Source: Prochlorococcus sp. AG-363-J23
Lineage (GTDB): Bacteria > Cyanobacteriota > Cyanobacteriia > PCC-6307 > Cyanobiaceae
DNA length: 64,000 nt
Direction of reading: 5' to 3'
Assembly (NCBI GenBank): GCA_003280245.1
Contig: QCFN01000001.1
Location: 24,300-88,299 of the forward strand
The notes below the pieces were generated by a model that saw only the letters and a list, made by a program, of their open reading frames with translations, did not search any database and had not been told where the DNA came from. Below are positions 50,697 through 60,624 of this stretch, in pieces (within the stretch, counting starts at the first letter, position 1; the number at the start of each line of letters is the position of its first letter). The position numbers and the translations under genes were made by a program.

Positions 50697-50879
50697 GATT
50701 TAATTGGTTTTGTATCTCATACTAAGTTGGTATAGGAATAATAGATGTTCTCTGGCTAAATCGAAATATTCATGTAACTGTCATTCATATTGCTGTATTA
50801 TTGGAAGTTATTCTAGAAACTTCAGAGTAGAGATTTGCAGATATAAAATTATTCTTTACTTTTAAATTACCAAATTTAA

Positions 50880-51530
50880 TTATAATGAATTAAAGTTATG
50901 TAGAATCTTTATTCCATATTGATTACTCTTCTCGGGATGAAATTGAACTCCGAAAATATTTCCGCTTCCTATTATTGAGTCAAATTCAACTCCATACTCG
51001 GTTGACATTATTGCATTCCTTCTATCTTCTACATGAATATAGTATGAGTGCATAAAATAGAAATAGTCATTTGGAATTATACCTTTGGTTAAGATTGAAT
51101 CTCTAATAACTTTTACATTGTTCCATCCAATATGAGGTACTTTTATACCACTAGAAATTTCAAATCTCTTTGTTATACCACTTATCCAATTTAAACCAGG
51201 CCTCGATCCTTCTTCACTGCCTGAAGTTAGCAATTGCATTCCAAGGCAAATCCCTAAGAAGGGAGTTTCTTCATAAAATGCCTTTTCATGTAATACTTTT
51301 AGCAAGTCAGGTACTTCTTCCAGTCTTTTCATTGCATTATCAAACGATCCAACTCCAGGCAGTATTATTTTTTTAGCTTTATTTATTTCGGTCGGTTCCG
51401 ACTCAACTCTGGCTATTGCTCCTATTTTATTAATTATATTTTTTAATGAGCCTATATTTCCTGATCCGTAATCAATTATAGTTATTTCTTTTTGAGATGA
51501 TTGATCATCTCTTTTAACATAAGTTTCCAT
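50880..51530 (-). CDS. HisH-like class-I glutamine amidotransferase (WbuY-type)
   Basis: Contains ITIIDYGSGNIGSLKN, the catalytic GICLGMQLL and a C-terminal FGVQFHPEKS. Confidence 0.8.
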   Translation of the reverse strand: METYVKRDDQSSQKEITIIDYGSGNIGSLKNIINKIGAIARVESEPTEINKAKKIILPGVGSFDNAMKRLEEVPDLLKVLHEKAFYEETPFLGICLGMQLLTSGSEEGSRPGLNWISGITKRFEISSGIKVPHIGWNNVKVIRDSILTKGIIPNDYFYFMHSYYIHVEDRRNAIMSTEYGVEFDSIIGSGNIFGVQFHPEKSNQYGIKILHNFNSL

Positions 51531-52270
51531 AAAGCTATTAAATTGAAACTTTGGAGGCAGAAATCATTGAGTTGATCCCAGCCTATTATAATGAATAATT
51601 GAATATAGGCTTAAAAATCTATTTATTGTGCTAATTTCCTTATTTTCTCATGAAATATACATTATTTTATAGACTAGTTTTTTAATTAGTCTCTTCAATG
51701 CTTTTTAAGATGAATCTTGTTCATCTTCCACGCTCCACAGTTTATATCTAGAGCTATATTCTTCTAGTTTTAGATCTACTAGTCAAATTTCTATTTCTTC
51801 TTGACGAATTTTATTTCATTCAATTGAGGAATGTCCGAATATTTCATAGACATTTTGAATAAGTAAATAGAAAGCCAATAGCGCTCCTATACTACCGGCA
51901 ATAAATAACAGTGTCGCTATCTGATAAGAATCTGCAGAATCATAAAGGATATTCACCGTAGTAGGTTGTGTGTTTTTAGCTTAGAGAACATAGTTATTGG
52001 TAAGACGGAATTATACGGCATAATTAATTTGTCAAATGATTCAATTAGAAACAGGCATAATATTAATCAAAATAATTTGACCAAAAGTCCATATTTAAAC
52101 ATAATTCCCTTTTACTCATTTTTATAGGATTGAAATTTCAATTCTTTGCTAACGATTGAAGCCTATAGTATTTATAAGTTATTATTGACTTAATAGGACG
52201 TGATTCCAGGATTGATAGAATTTTTTAATGTCGTATGTTTTCATGATCCTTAGAAAAATCATTTTTAGTC

Positions 52271-55200
52271 ATGGGTTGGCAATTCTGGATTGATCGAGGC
52301 GGAACATTTACCGATTTGGTTGCTGTTAGCCCGCAAGGTAAGTGGATTGTTCGCAAGTTCCTTTCAGAGCAATCTGATCAATCTATTGACCCGGCTATTC
52401 GAACCATTAGAGAAATTCTTAAAATAGAAGAAGGGTCTCCTATTCCATATGGACTTGTTAAGGAGGTTAGATTAGGTACAACTGTTGCAACAAATGCATT
52501 TTTAGAAGAAACAGGGGACCCTGTTCTACTGCTTACAAATATAGGTTACGCAGATGTGTTACGAATAGGTGATCAACATCGAAGTAGTTTATTTTCATTA
52601 AAGCTTGAATCGCCCCCTTTCCTTGCAAGGGAGGTTTTGGAAATCCCAGGTCGAATAGATTCTAATGGTTCTGAGATTGAGCCGTTATCGTTTGAGTTTT
52701 TAAATAAAAGTATTATTCTGAAAAATTGGCTTGATTTACAGCATCCATGTGCGATTGCAATGATGCATTCATATAAGAACCCCTCTCATGAAATTTGCTT
52801 GCATAATTGGTTGAAAAAATTTGGCTTCAAGACAGTTATTTGTTCTCATGCGGTTGCACCTCTACCTCGTTTTATTCCAAGAGGAAAAACAGCTCTCGCG
52901 GAAGCAACAATTTCACCAATTCTTTCAAAATATTTACTTAAATTTAGAAATGATCTCGGTAAATCAACAAAATTAAGTGTAATGACATCCAGTGGAGCTT
53001 TGTTTTCTCCTGAACACTTATATGCAAAGGATACAATACTTTCAGGACCTGCTGGGGGGATGGTAGGAGCTTTAGCAGCAGCTCGTTTTACAGGATATGT
53101 TGATCAACAAATTGTCGGTTTTGACATGGGAGGAACATCTACAGATGTTTTTTATGTTTCCTCTGCTCTAGGAAATAGATTGCCACGTGATTCCGAAATA
53201 GAATTAGCAGGACATCGTCTTATGGCGGAGAGATTGCCAATTCATACGGTGGCGGCCGGAGGCGGTTCAATTATCTATTTGAATAATCAAAGGTTGCATG
53301 TTGGCCCTAGATCTGCGGGAGCTAATCCTGGCCCAGCTTGCTACCAGCGTGGAGGCCCACTAACTATTACGGATGCCAATCTTTTTCTAGGGCGAATTCA
53401 GGTCAATTCATTCCCTAAAGTTTTTGGCCCTTCTTTCAATCAGCCAATTGACCCAGCAATCACAGAGAAAGAATTTGTGCAGATTGCAGAAAGGCTTAAT
53501 ACCTCTCCTGAAAAGGTTGCACAAGGAGCCTTATTAATCGCTATTGAGAGAATGTCAGATGCTATAAAGAAAGTTTCACTTTGTAGTGGTCATGATATTA
53601 AGGATGGAATACTTGTTGCTTTTGGGGGTGCTGCAGGTCAACATGCCTGTCAACTTGCAGGAGAATTAGGAGTAAAGAAAATTTTACTGCATCCATTAGG
53701 AAGTGTGCTTTCGGCTTATGGGATTGGAGTTTCTAGGCCAACTAAATTTTTTACAAAATATGTTTCAATGCCACTTGATAGTAAATCATTGTTAGCACTA
53801 AAGGATTTATTAACTGAGCAACATATTAATTCAGAGAATTACTTGAAGAAAAGTGAAGGTTATTCAAAGCTAATTGATTCTTCTAAGTCAGAATTTTACG
53901 CAAAGATTGAAATTCGTCATAAGTCACAAGACTTCGGCTTGAAGCTTATATTTGATCATTCATCCGAAATCAGTAGCCTAATGAAATCTTTTGAAGAAGA
54001 ACATTTCAGAAAATTTGGTTATATACCGGAACAAGATGATAATATGGTTATAGAGAGAATTGATGTTGAAGTATTTTTTCCTCTTTTACGCAAAGATCAA
54101 TCTATTCCTCAGAAACTTAGCAGTCAAGTTAAATCGCCTGATTTAGTTCGAGTTTTTCTTTCAGATCAAGGATGGACTATGATCCCTTGTTATAATCGTG
54201 AGAATTTAACTTCTAATCTATTTATTCAAGGTCCTGCTTTAATAGTAGAGGTTAACACAACAATTTTTTTAGAATCAGGATGGAAGGCAACTGTTGATCA
54301 ATTTGGCAGTCTCATTCTTGAATCTGATGAAACTTATAGTAAAGAAATAGGAATAGGTAGCTTAAGTATTAAAGCGATTGATCAGAATCCAAATTCAGTA
54401 AAACTAGAACTTTATAGACATCGATTTAGCGCAATAGCTGTAAAAATGGGTGAAAGACTTAGGCAAACCAGTCGTTCCGTCAATATTAGAGAAAGATTAG
54501 ATTATTCATGTGCTGTTTTTGATCAAAATGGTAATCTTGTAGCTAATGCTCCTCATATTCCTGTTCATTTAGGGTCTATGGGTGAAGCTGTTGTTGAGTT
54601 GTTAAAAGAAGTAGAAAATGGCCGAAGGCGTCCACTTAAATCGTATGAGACTGTAATTACTAATGACCCCTTTCATGGAGGCACTCATCTACCAGATATT
54701 ACAGCAATAACTCCCGTTTTTTCAGGTTTCAACAAGCCTCGTTTTTATGTTGCTTCTAGAGGTCATCATGCAGATGTGGGAGGACTAACACCTGGATCTA
54801 TGCCACCTTTTAGTAGAACGATTAATGATGAGGGCCTTTTACTTAGCAATGAAACTTTTATATTGGACGGGAAATATGATTCTTTCTTTTGGGAGCGACG
54901 TCTCAAATCTAGTTGTTATCCACCACGTAATCCATCTGAATTATTGGCCGATCTTCAGGCTCAAGTAGCTGCTAATCAATTAGGGGTATTTGAATTAGAA
55001 GATTTGGTCAGTCGTGAAGGTTATCAAGAAGTTAACAACTATATGGCTTATCTTCAGACCAATGCCGCTTTAGCTATTCGCAAGCTTATTTCTACTCTTA
55101 ATGATTCTTCTTTCTCCGTGGAGCTTGATAATGGATTAATACTTGATCTAAATATATCTATTGACAAAATTGGCAATAAAGTCAAATTAGATTTCAGTAA

Positions 55201-55939
55201 GACTTCTCTTCAAGGCTGTCATAACTTTCATGCCCCTTTAGCTGTTACAAAAGCTGTAATTCTCTTTGCATTTCGATGCTTGATAGAGGAAGAAATCCCA
55301 CTTAATGCAGGGTGTTTTGAACCAATTGAATTGATTGTACCTAAGGGTTGTTTGCTTAATCCAACCCCTCCTTCAGCTGTAGTTGCGGGGAATGTTGAGA
55401 CCTCACAGGCTTTGGCTAATTTAATATTTGGAGCTTTAGGAGTTGCTGCGGCTAATCATGGAACAATGAATAATTTTACTTTTGGAAATAAAGAAAATCA
55501 ATATTATGAGACCATTGCTGGAGGCGGAGGAGCAGGTAATGGTTTTAATGGAAGTGATTGCCTTCAGACACATATGACTAATTCTCGGATAACTGATCCT
55601 GAGATTCTTGAACAGCGCTATCCAGTTCGCTTAGAACTTTTTAGTATTAGGAAAGGAAGTGGGGGTGAAGGACTTTGGCATGGAGGTAATGGACTTTTAC
55701 GAAAGATTCGATTCCTTTCTCCAATGAAGGTTTCAATTCTTTCTGGTTCAAGAAGAATTAAACCTTTTGGTATACATGGAGGGTGCTCAGGGGATATAGG
55801 AATAAATCAACTTGAGCGAATTGATGGACGACAAGAGAATCTTGAAGGATGCGCAAGTATTGATATCAATCCTGGAGAAGCAATCTCAATAGCAACACCC
55901 GGAGGAGGAGGTTATGGAGAGGCGACTAGCGCGAGATAG
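52271..55939 (+). CDS. Fused hydantoinase A/B - 5-oxoprolinase (ATP-hydrolysing) family protein
   Basis: A 1222-aa protein. The N-terminus is WIDRGGTFTDLVA, followed by FDMGGTSTDV. The HyuB-like half contains ITNDPFHGGTHLPD. Confidence 0.85.
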   Translation: MGWQFWIDRGGTFTDLVAVSPQGKWIVRKFLSEQSDQSIDPAIRTIREILKIEEGSPIPYGLVKEVRLGTTVATNAFLEETGDPVLLLTNIGYADVLRIGDQHRSSLFSLKLESPPFLAREVLEIPGRIDSNGSEIEPLSFEFLNKSIILKNWLDLQHPCAIAMMHSYKNPSHEICLHNWLKKFGFKTVICSHAVAPLPRFIPRGKTALAEATISPILSKYLLKFRNDLGKSTKLSVMTSSGALFSPEHLYAKDTILSGPAGGMVGALAAARFTGYVDQQIVGFDMGGTSTDVFYVSSALGNRLPRDSEIELAGHRLMAERLPIHTVAAGGGSIIYLNNQRLHVGPRSAGANPGPACYQRGGPLTITDANLFLGRIQVNSFPKVFGPSFNQPIDPAITEKEFVQIAERLNTSPEKVAQGALLIAIERMSDAIKKVSLCSGHDIKDGILVAFGGAAGQHACQLAGELGVKKILLHPLGSVLSAYGIGVSRPTKFFTKYVSMPLDSKSLLALKDLLTEQHINSENYLKKSEGYSKLIDSSKSEFYAKIEIRHKSQDFGLKLIFDHSSEISSLMKSFEEEHFRKFGYIPEQDDNMVIERIDVEVFFPLLRKDQSIPQKLSSQVKSPDLVRVFLSDQGWTMIPCYNRENLTSNLFIQGPALIVEVNTTIFLESGWKATVDQFGSLILESDETYSKEIGIGSLSIKAIDQNPNSVKLELYRHRFSAIAVKMGERLRQTSRSVNIRERLDYSCAVFDQNGNLVANAPHIPVHLGSMGEAVVELLKEVENGRRRPLKSYETVITNDPFHGGTHLPDITAITPVFSGFNKPRFYVASRGHHADVGGLTPGSMPPFSRTINDEGLLLSNETFILDGKYDSFFWERRLKSSCYPPRNPSELLADLQAQVAANQLGVFELEDLVSREGYQEVNNYMAYLQTNAALAIRKLISTLNDSSFSVELDNGLILDLNISIDKIGNKVKLDFSKTSLQGCHNFHAPLAVTKAVILFAFRCLIEEEIPLNAGCFEPIELIVPKGCLLNPTPPSAVVAGNVETSQALANLIFGALGVAAANHGTMNNFTFGNKENQYYETIAGGGGAGNGFNGSDCLQTHMTNSRITDPEILEQRYPVRLELFSIRKGSGGEGLWHGGNGLLRKIRFLSPMKVSILSGSRRIKPFGIHGGCSGDIGINQLERIDGRQENLEGCASIDINPGEAISIATPGGGGYGEATSAR

Positions 55940-57380
55940 CAAAACAAGCTAGAGATGTAGGCAATTATATCTAAACTGGTTTCACTTTTGCAGGCTTGAT
56001 TCATTTCATGGAAATTTTCTCTTTATTTCGCTGGTTAAATTCCCAAAACTTCTAATGCTTTTATTCGTTCAAGAGATTTATAACCTGAGTGCTGTCAAAT
56101 TTTCTTAAGTATAAGTCGTCTTTTAGAATTGTTTGGTTATCTTGTCAGCGATAATTTTTGCTGCATTTGCCCAGAAATGCTTTCTATAGAAGCTTTCTTC
56201 GGTGCTAGTAGGTTGGAATTTCTACTTTAAGGGCTTCAGAACATTCCCCAATTGGACTAGCAGAAAACTACGATTGAAATTCTTTATGTCTAAAGGGCTT
56301 AAATAGGCTATCCCCTTATAAACTTACGACGAAGAACAGTCTTGAGTATTCCGATTTTCTCTCCGTGAAAGACAAAGAGCCTTCTAAAGAATCTTCGGGT
56401 GAAGCAGGGATTACCTGGAGAACCCTCCTGGCCTACATATATATGGGGTCTGTGCTCCTTGCCATAATCATTTGGATTCTTAGTAAATTTGAAATCATCT
56501 AGCCTTTAAACTATTTTCAGACCTACAACCGAAATTAAATTAACAGTAAAGTTTTTTATCAAAACTCTACTTATAATTTGCAAATTTCAATCATTCATAA
56601 CTCAGTTTTTGGAGATAGAGCTCGTATGGGTGTCATTCAGTGATGACAAGGCTTCGATTTTTATGTCTATATGAAGGTTGAAACCCTTGAAAATTTTCAT
56701 TGGGTTGCTTTCAACTCGTTGATGAGTCAAAGCTTTATGACTATTGATATCTACTTTGACCTTCTTGGAGAACTTGGATTGCAATCAACCTCAAGAAACG
56801 TCTGTGGAAAATTTCCTGGACCTTCTTAGGTGGTTTTGGAGAAATTTCTCAGAAGGCTTATGAATTTTCTCGGTTTGGAGTTGTGAGTTCGTCAGTGGTC
56901 TGAGGAAGAGCTGTTATTGCTGAAAAATACCAATGAGAAACGCATCTAGGTCAAGGAGGTCGGTTTATTTGATGGAGCGCTCACGCTTATTTGCAAGACG
57001 AGCTGCCGAATATTCTTCGTTGAAGTTCTTCGGTTTTTAAAGCTAATCGAATAGAAAATTTCCGCGCTTTTCTTGGCCAGCCTGAATTGTTTGACCTCGG
57101 CTTGAGTTTTCTGTGGCCAATTTCATAGGGTCAAATTCCATGGAAAATATAGATATGAGTAAGGACCAGTCCAATGTTTCTTATTCAGTGTTTGCACAGG
57201 TTTTCGCCTATTGAAAAAGCTATGGCTAACACTTTTTCTATGCAGTCAATCGAATCAGCGACTCTTTCTCCAGAGTAGTTTCAAGTTACGGAGGACTTTC
57301 TCCTGATCTTGTTCTTACTAACTGATAGTGGCCGCATCCTTATTAATATGTTAATTTGAAGTGTCTATTGATTATTTATC

Positions 57381-57737
57381 ATGCTCACTGGTAAGGATTT
57401 GTTGGCCAAAGTCAAGGACCTCGGTGATGTAAGTAAGTCGGATCTTGTGAAGGCATGTGGATATGTATCCACAAAGAAGGGTGGCGGAGAACGCCTAAAC
57501 TTCACTGCTTTTTACGAAGCTCTACTTGAAGCCAAGGGTGTAAATCTTGCTTCTGATAGTACCGGTGGAATCGGTAAAGGAGGAAGGAAGCTTAGTTATG
57601 TCGCTACTGTTCAAGGCAATGGCAATCTATTGATTGGTAAGGCCTACACAGCTCTTCTAGATCTCAAGCCTGGAGACAACTTTGAGATCAAGATGGGCCG
57701 CAAAGGATTCCGTCTAGTGCCAGAAGGAGAAGGATAA
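57381..57737 (+). CDS. Cyanobacterial AbrB-like (cyAbrB) transcriptional regulator
   Basis: An N-terminal domain (MLTGKDLLAKVKDLGDVSKSDLVKACGY) is followed by a C-terminal SpoVT/AbrB swapped-hairpin (GNGNLLIGKAYTALLDLKPGDNFEIKMGRKGFRLVP). Confidence 0.75.
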   Translation: MLTGKDLLAKVKDLGDVSKSDLVKACGYVSTKKGGGERLNFTAFYEALLEAKGVNLASDSTGGIGKGGRKLSYVATVQGNGNLLIGKAYTALLDLKPGDNFEIKMGRKGFRLVPEGEG

Positions 57738-58030
57738 GCACTTTATCTTTCTTCCTCCACTATTAAGGAATAGGTACTGGTTTTACTAATAAATCTTCTG
57801 GCTAGATAGCTTTTTTTGCTCTCTGGCCATTTTTAATGTCGAATATTCGGAAAATTCTTTCTTAATAATGATGATCCTCCCTCTGTAGAGGGTTAAACCC
57901 TGTGAATGAGTTCTTATGGTTATTTCTGAAAAGAGAGAACCAATAAATTCGATCAACTTTATTGGTTGATCGAATTTAATACATGTGTTTGTGGAAACTA
58001 ATTTTGATTCCTCCGCCCAGGTGTAAATAC

Positions 58031-58738
58031 TTATACATTTAGGAAATTCTCAATTACTGACTTGCTTAAATCTTTAGTTGGTCCACTAGCTACTATTCCT
58101 CCTCGTTGCATAGCATAGTATTTATCTGCTTGTCGTACAAAATGTAAGTGTTGTTCTACCAACAACACCCCTATCCCTCTTTCATTAATTATTCTTCTAA
58201 CAGCCGACTCAATATCTTTTACAATGTTTGGTTGGATCCCTTCTGTCGGTTCATCAAGTAGAAGAAGCTTTGGCTGACCTAACAGTGCCCTTCCAATTGC
58301 AAGCTGTTGTTGTTGCCCCCCGCTTAGATCTCCTCCTTTCCGATTTAGAAATGTTTTTAGTATTGGGAACAGTTCATAGATAAAGGTGTCTATCTTTTTA
58401 TTTTTAACCAATCCTCCTTGTAGTGCCTCCATCCCTAATTTGAGATTTTCCTCAACAGTTAGGTAAGGGATTATTTCTCTACCTTGAGGTACATAAGCAA
58501 TCCCAGATTTGGCTCGATTATGAGGTGCAGTTCTGTTTATTGAATTGCCATCAAATAATATTTCTCCAGATTTCGGCTTTAATAAGCCAATAAGCGTTTT
58601 CAAAAGAGTAGTCTTACCAACCCCATTACGTCCAATGAGGCAAACCATCTCACCAGATTTAACTGACATATCAACATCTCTGATGATATGACTTTCTCCG
58701 TAATAGGTGTTCATTCCTTTAATCTCAAGCAGAGTCAT
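58031..58738 (-). CDS. urtE: Urea ABC transporter ATP-binding protein UrtE
   Basis: Contains GRNGVGKTT, LSGGQQQQL and LLLDEP. It is the last gene of a five-gene urt array next to the urease accessory genes. Confidence 0.85.
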   Translation of the reverse strand: MTLLEIKGMNTYYGESHIIRDVDMSVKSGEMVCLIGRNGVGKTTLLKTLIGLLKPKSGEILFDGNSINRTAPHNRAKSGIAYVPQGREIIPYLTVEENLKLGMEALQGGLVKNKKIDTFIYELFPILKTFLNRKGGDLSGGQQQQLAIGRALLGQPKLLLLDEPTEGIQPNIVKDIESAVRRIINERGIGVLLVEQHLHFVRQADKYYAMQRGGIVASGPTKDLSKSVIENFLNV

Positions 58739-58741
58739 TTT

Positions 58742-59494
58742 TTATCCCTCCTCCTCTTCTGGTTGACCTAAATAAACTTCTATTACCTGAGGGTTTTTTT
58801 GTATATCTTCCATGGATCCTTCACATAAAACATGGCCTTGGTGCAATACGGTTACTTGACTATTTAGTCTGCGAATGAATTCCATATCATGATCAATAAC
58901 TAAAATTGTGTGATTGCCTGATAAGGATTTAAGAAGATCTGCTGTTAGATCTGTTTCTTCATCTGTTAGTCCTGCAACTGGCTCATCAACAAGAAGTAGG
59001 TCAGGGTCTTGACCTACTAGCATTGCAATCTCAAGCCATTGTTTTTGTCCATGTGAAAGTGATCCTGCTAATGAATTCTTTTGTGATTGGAGACTAATAA
59101 TATTCATTAGATGATCTGCCTGATCTTTCTGTTTTTTACTCAGTCGATCTAGAAGTAATGACCATGGTGTTTTTGGCTTGCTTATAGCAAGAACAAGATT
59201 CTCATAAACCGTTAGGTTTTCAAAGATTCGAGGGCTTTGGAATTTACGGCCAATACCAAGCCTTGCAATTCGATGTTCTCGTTTCCCTCTAATGGACTGC
59301 CCTTTAAAGATTACATCACCTGTCGAAGGGGCGACTTTTCCCGAAATTACATCTAGAAATGTTGTTTTTCCTGCACCATTAGGCCCTATAACTGCTCTTA
59401 GTTCACCTGCTTGCAGGCTTAGGTTTAGATCATTAAGCGCAAGGAAACCTTCAAAACTTACTGATATCTGACTTAATTTTAGTAATTCTTTCAT
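58742..59494 (-). CDS. urtD: Urea ABC transporter ATP-binding protein UrtD
   Basis: Contains GPNGAGKTT, LSHGQKQWLE and LLVDEP. It overlaps urtC by 4 bp. Confidence 0.85.
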   Translation of the reverse strand: MKELLKLSQISVSFEGFLALNDLNLSLQAGELRAVIGPNGAGKTTFLDVISGKVAPSTGDVIFKGQSIRGKREHRIARLGIGRKFQSPRIFENLTVYENLVLAISKPKTPWSLLLDRLSKKQKDQADHLMNIISLQSQKNSLAGSLSHGQKQWLEIAMLVGQDPDLLLVDEPVAGLTDEETDLTADLLKSLSGNHTILVIDHDMEFIRRLNSQVTVLHQGHVLCEGSMEDIQKNPQVIEVYLGQPEEEEG

Positions 59495-60621
59495 TGTGAA
59501 TTTACCCCTTTGCTTTCTCTTGCTTCTAGATCTGGATAGGTTGGTAATGTGCGAGATATTCCAAGGCGAGAAAGTAAATTCCTAGGACCACTACCTTGCA
59601 GCCAGCCTAAAACACCTTCTGGTAATGCCGTTACAACCAAAATAAACATACCTCCTTGAATAAACATCCAGCTTGCTGGTAGTGCTTCGCTTACAAGACT
59701 TTTTGCATAATTAATGGTTACTGCGCCGAGAATGGCACCCAATAAAGTTCCTCTCCCTCCGACTGCTACCCATATAACCATTTCAATTGAAAATGGCACT
59801 GTCATGAATTGAGGAGAAACTATTCCTGACTGAACTGTGTAAAGAGCTCCTGAAATACCAGCCAATCCTCCTGCGATAGAAAAAACAATTGTTTTAAAAA
59901 GAGTAGGGTTATATCCGGTAAAACGGACTCTTGCTTCATCATCACGGATTCCAATCAAAATATCTCCAAAGCGATCTCTTACTAACCAGCGGGTGAATAA
60001 CCAAGAAAGTATTACCAATATTGCAGTTATCCAAAAAAAATAACGTTGCATTGAGTCAGATCCAACAATTTGGCCAAAAAGTTGAGTTACATCGGTTTTT
60101 AATCCATTTGTTCCATTTATTAATTTCTGTTGACCATTAAAGAAGTTAAAGAAAACCAAGAGAGCTGCCTGAGTAAGAATAGAAAAATAGACTCCTTTAA
60201 TACGGTTCCTGAAGACTAAAAATCCGAGAAACCCTGCTACTAGAGAAGGAATTATAAAAATAGAGAAAATTGTAAATAGAGGAGATTTAAAAGGTTCCCA
60301 GAAAAAGGGTAAAGACTGAATACCATATAGGGAAAAAAATTCAGGAATTCTATTAGGCAGATCTGAAGAAGTATTCAGTTGAAGAAACATTGCAATGCAA
60401 TAGCCGCCCAATGAAAAGAAGATTCCTTGACCAAGACTTAGTAATCCAGTAAAACCCCAAATAAGATCAACGCCTAGGGCCGCAATTGCAAGAGATAGGT
60501 ATCTACCGAGCAAGTTGAGTCTAAATACAGGAAGGAAACTAGGTGCTGCAATTATTAGTGCAATTATTCCAACCCAAACTAGCCATGAAACCCAACCTGT
60601 GATTTTAAAAGTTTTTTTCAT
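59491..60621 (-). CDS. urtC: Urea ABC transporter permease UrtC
   Basis: A LivM-type permease, 376 aa. Confidence 0.85.
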   Translation of the reverse strand: MKKTFKITGWVSWLVWVGIIALIIAAPSFLPVFRLNLLGRYLSLAIAALGVDLIWGFTGLLSLGQGIFFSLGGYCIAMFLQLNTSSDLPNRIPEFFSLYGIQSLPFFWEPFKSPLFTIFSIFIIPSLVAGFLGFLVFRNRIKGVYFSILTQAALLVFFNFFNGQQKLINGTNGLKTDVTQLFGQIVGSDSMQRYFFWITAILVILSWLFTRWLVRDRFGDILIGIRDDEARVRFTGYNPTLFKTIVFSIAGGLAGISGALYTVQSGIVSPQFMTVPFSIEMVIWVAVGGRGTLLGAILGAVTINYAKSLVSEALPASWMFIQGGMFILVVTALPEGVLGWLQGSGPRNLLSRLGISRTLPTYPDLEARESKGVNSQ

Positions 60622-60624
60622 TTA

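Noticed and set aside
45382-52202. The 8-mer AGGACGTG at both ends of the 45-52 kb island (45382-45389 and 52195-52202) as flanking direct repeats
   Set aside because: Several chance 8-mer matches are expected between two windows of about 500 bp, and the surrounding bases align poorly.
56681-57300. A single long plus-strand frame interrupted only by in-frame stops, read as a possible recently decayed gene or a stop-codon read-through gene
   Set aside because: The stop spacing (16-52 codons) is about what AT-rich random sequence gives. None of the fragments has a recognisable motif.
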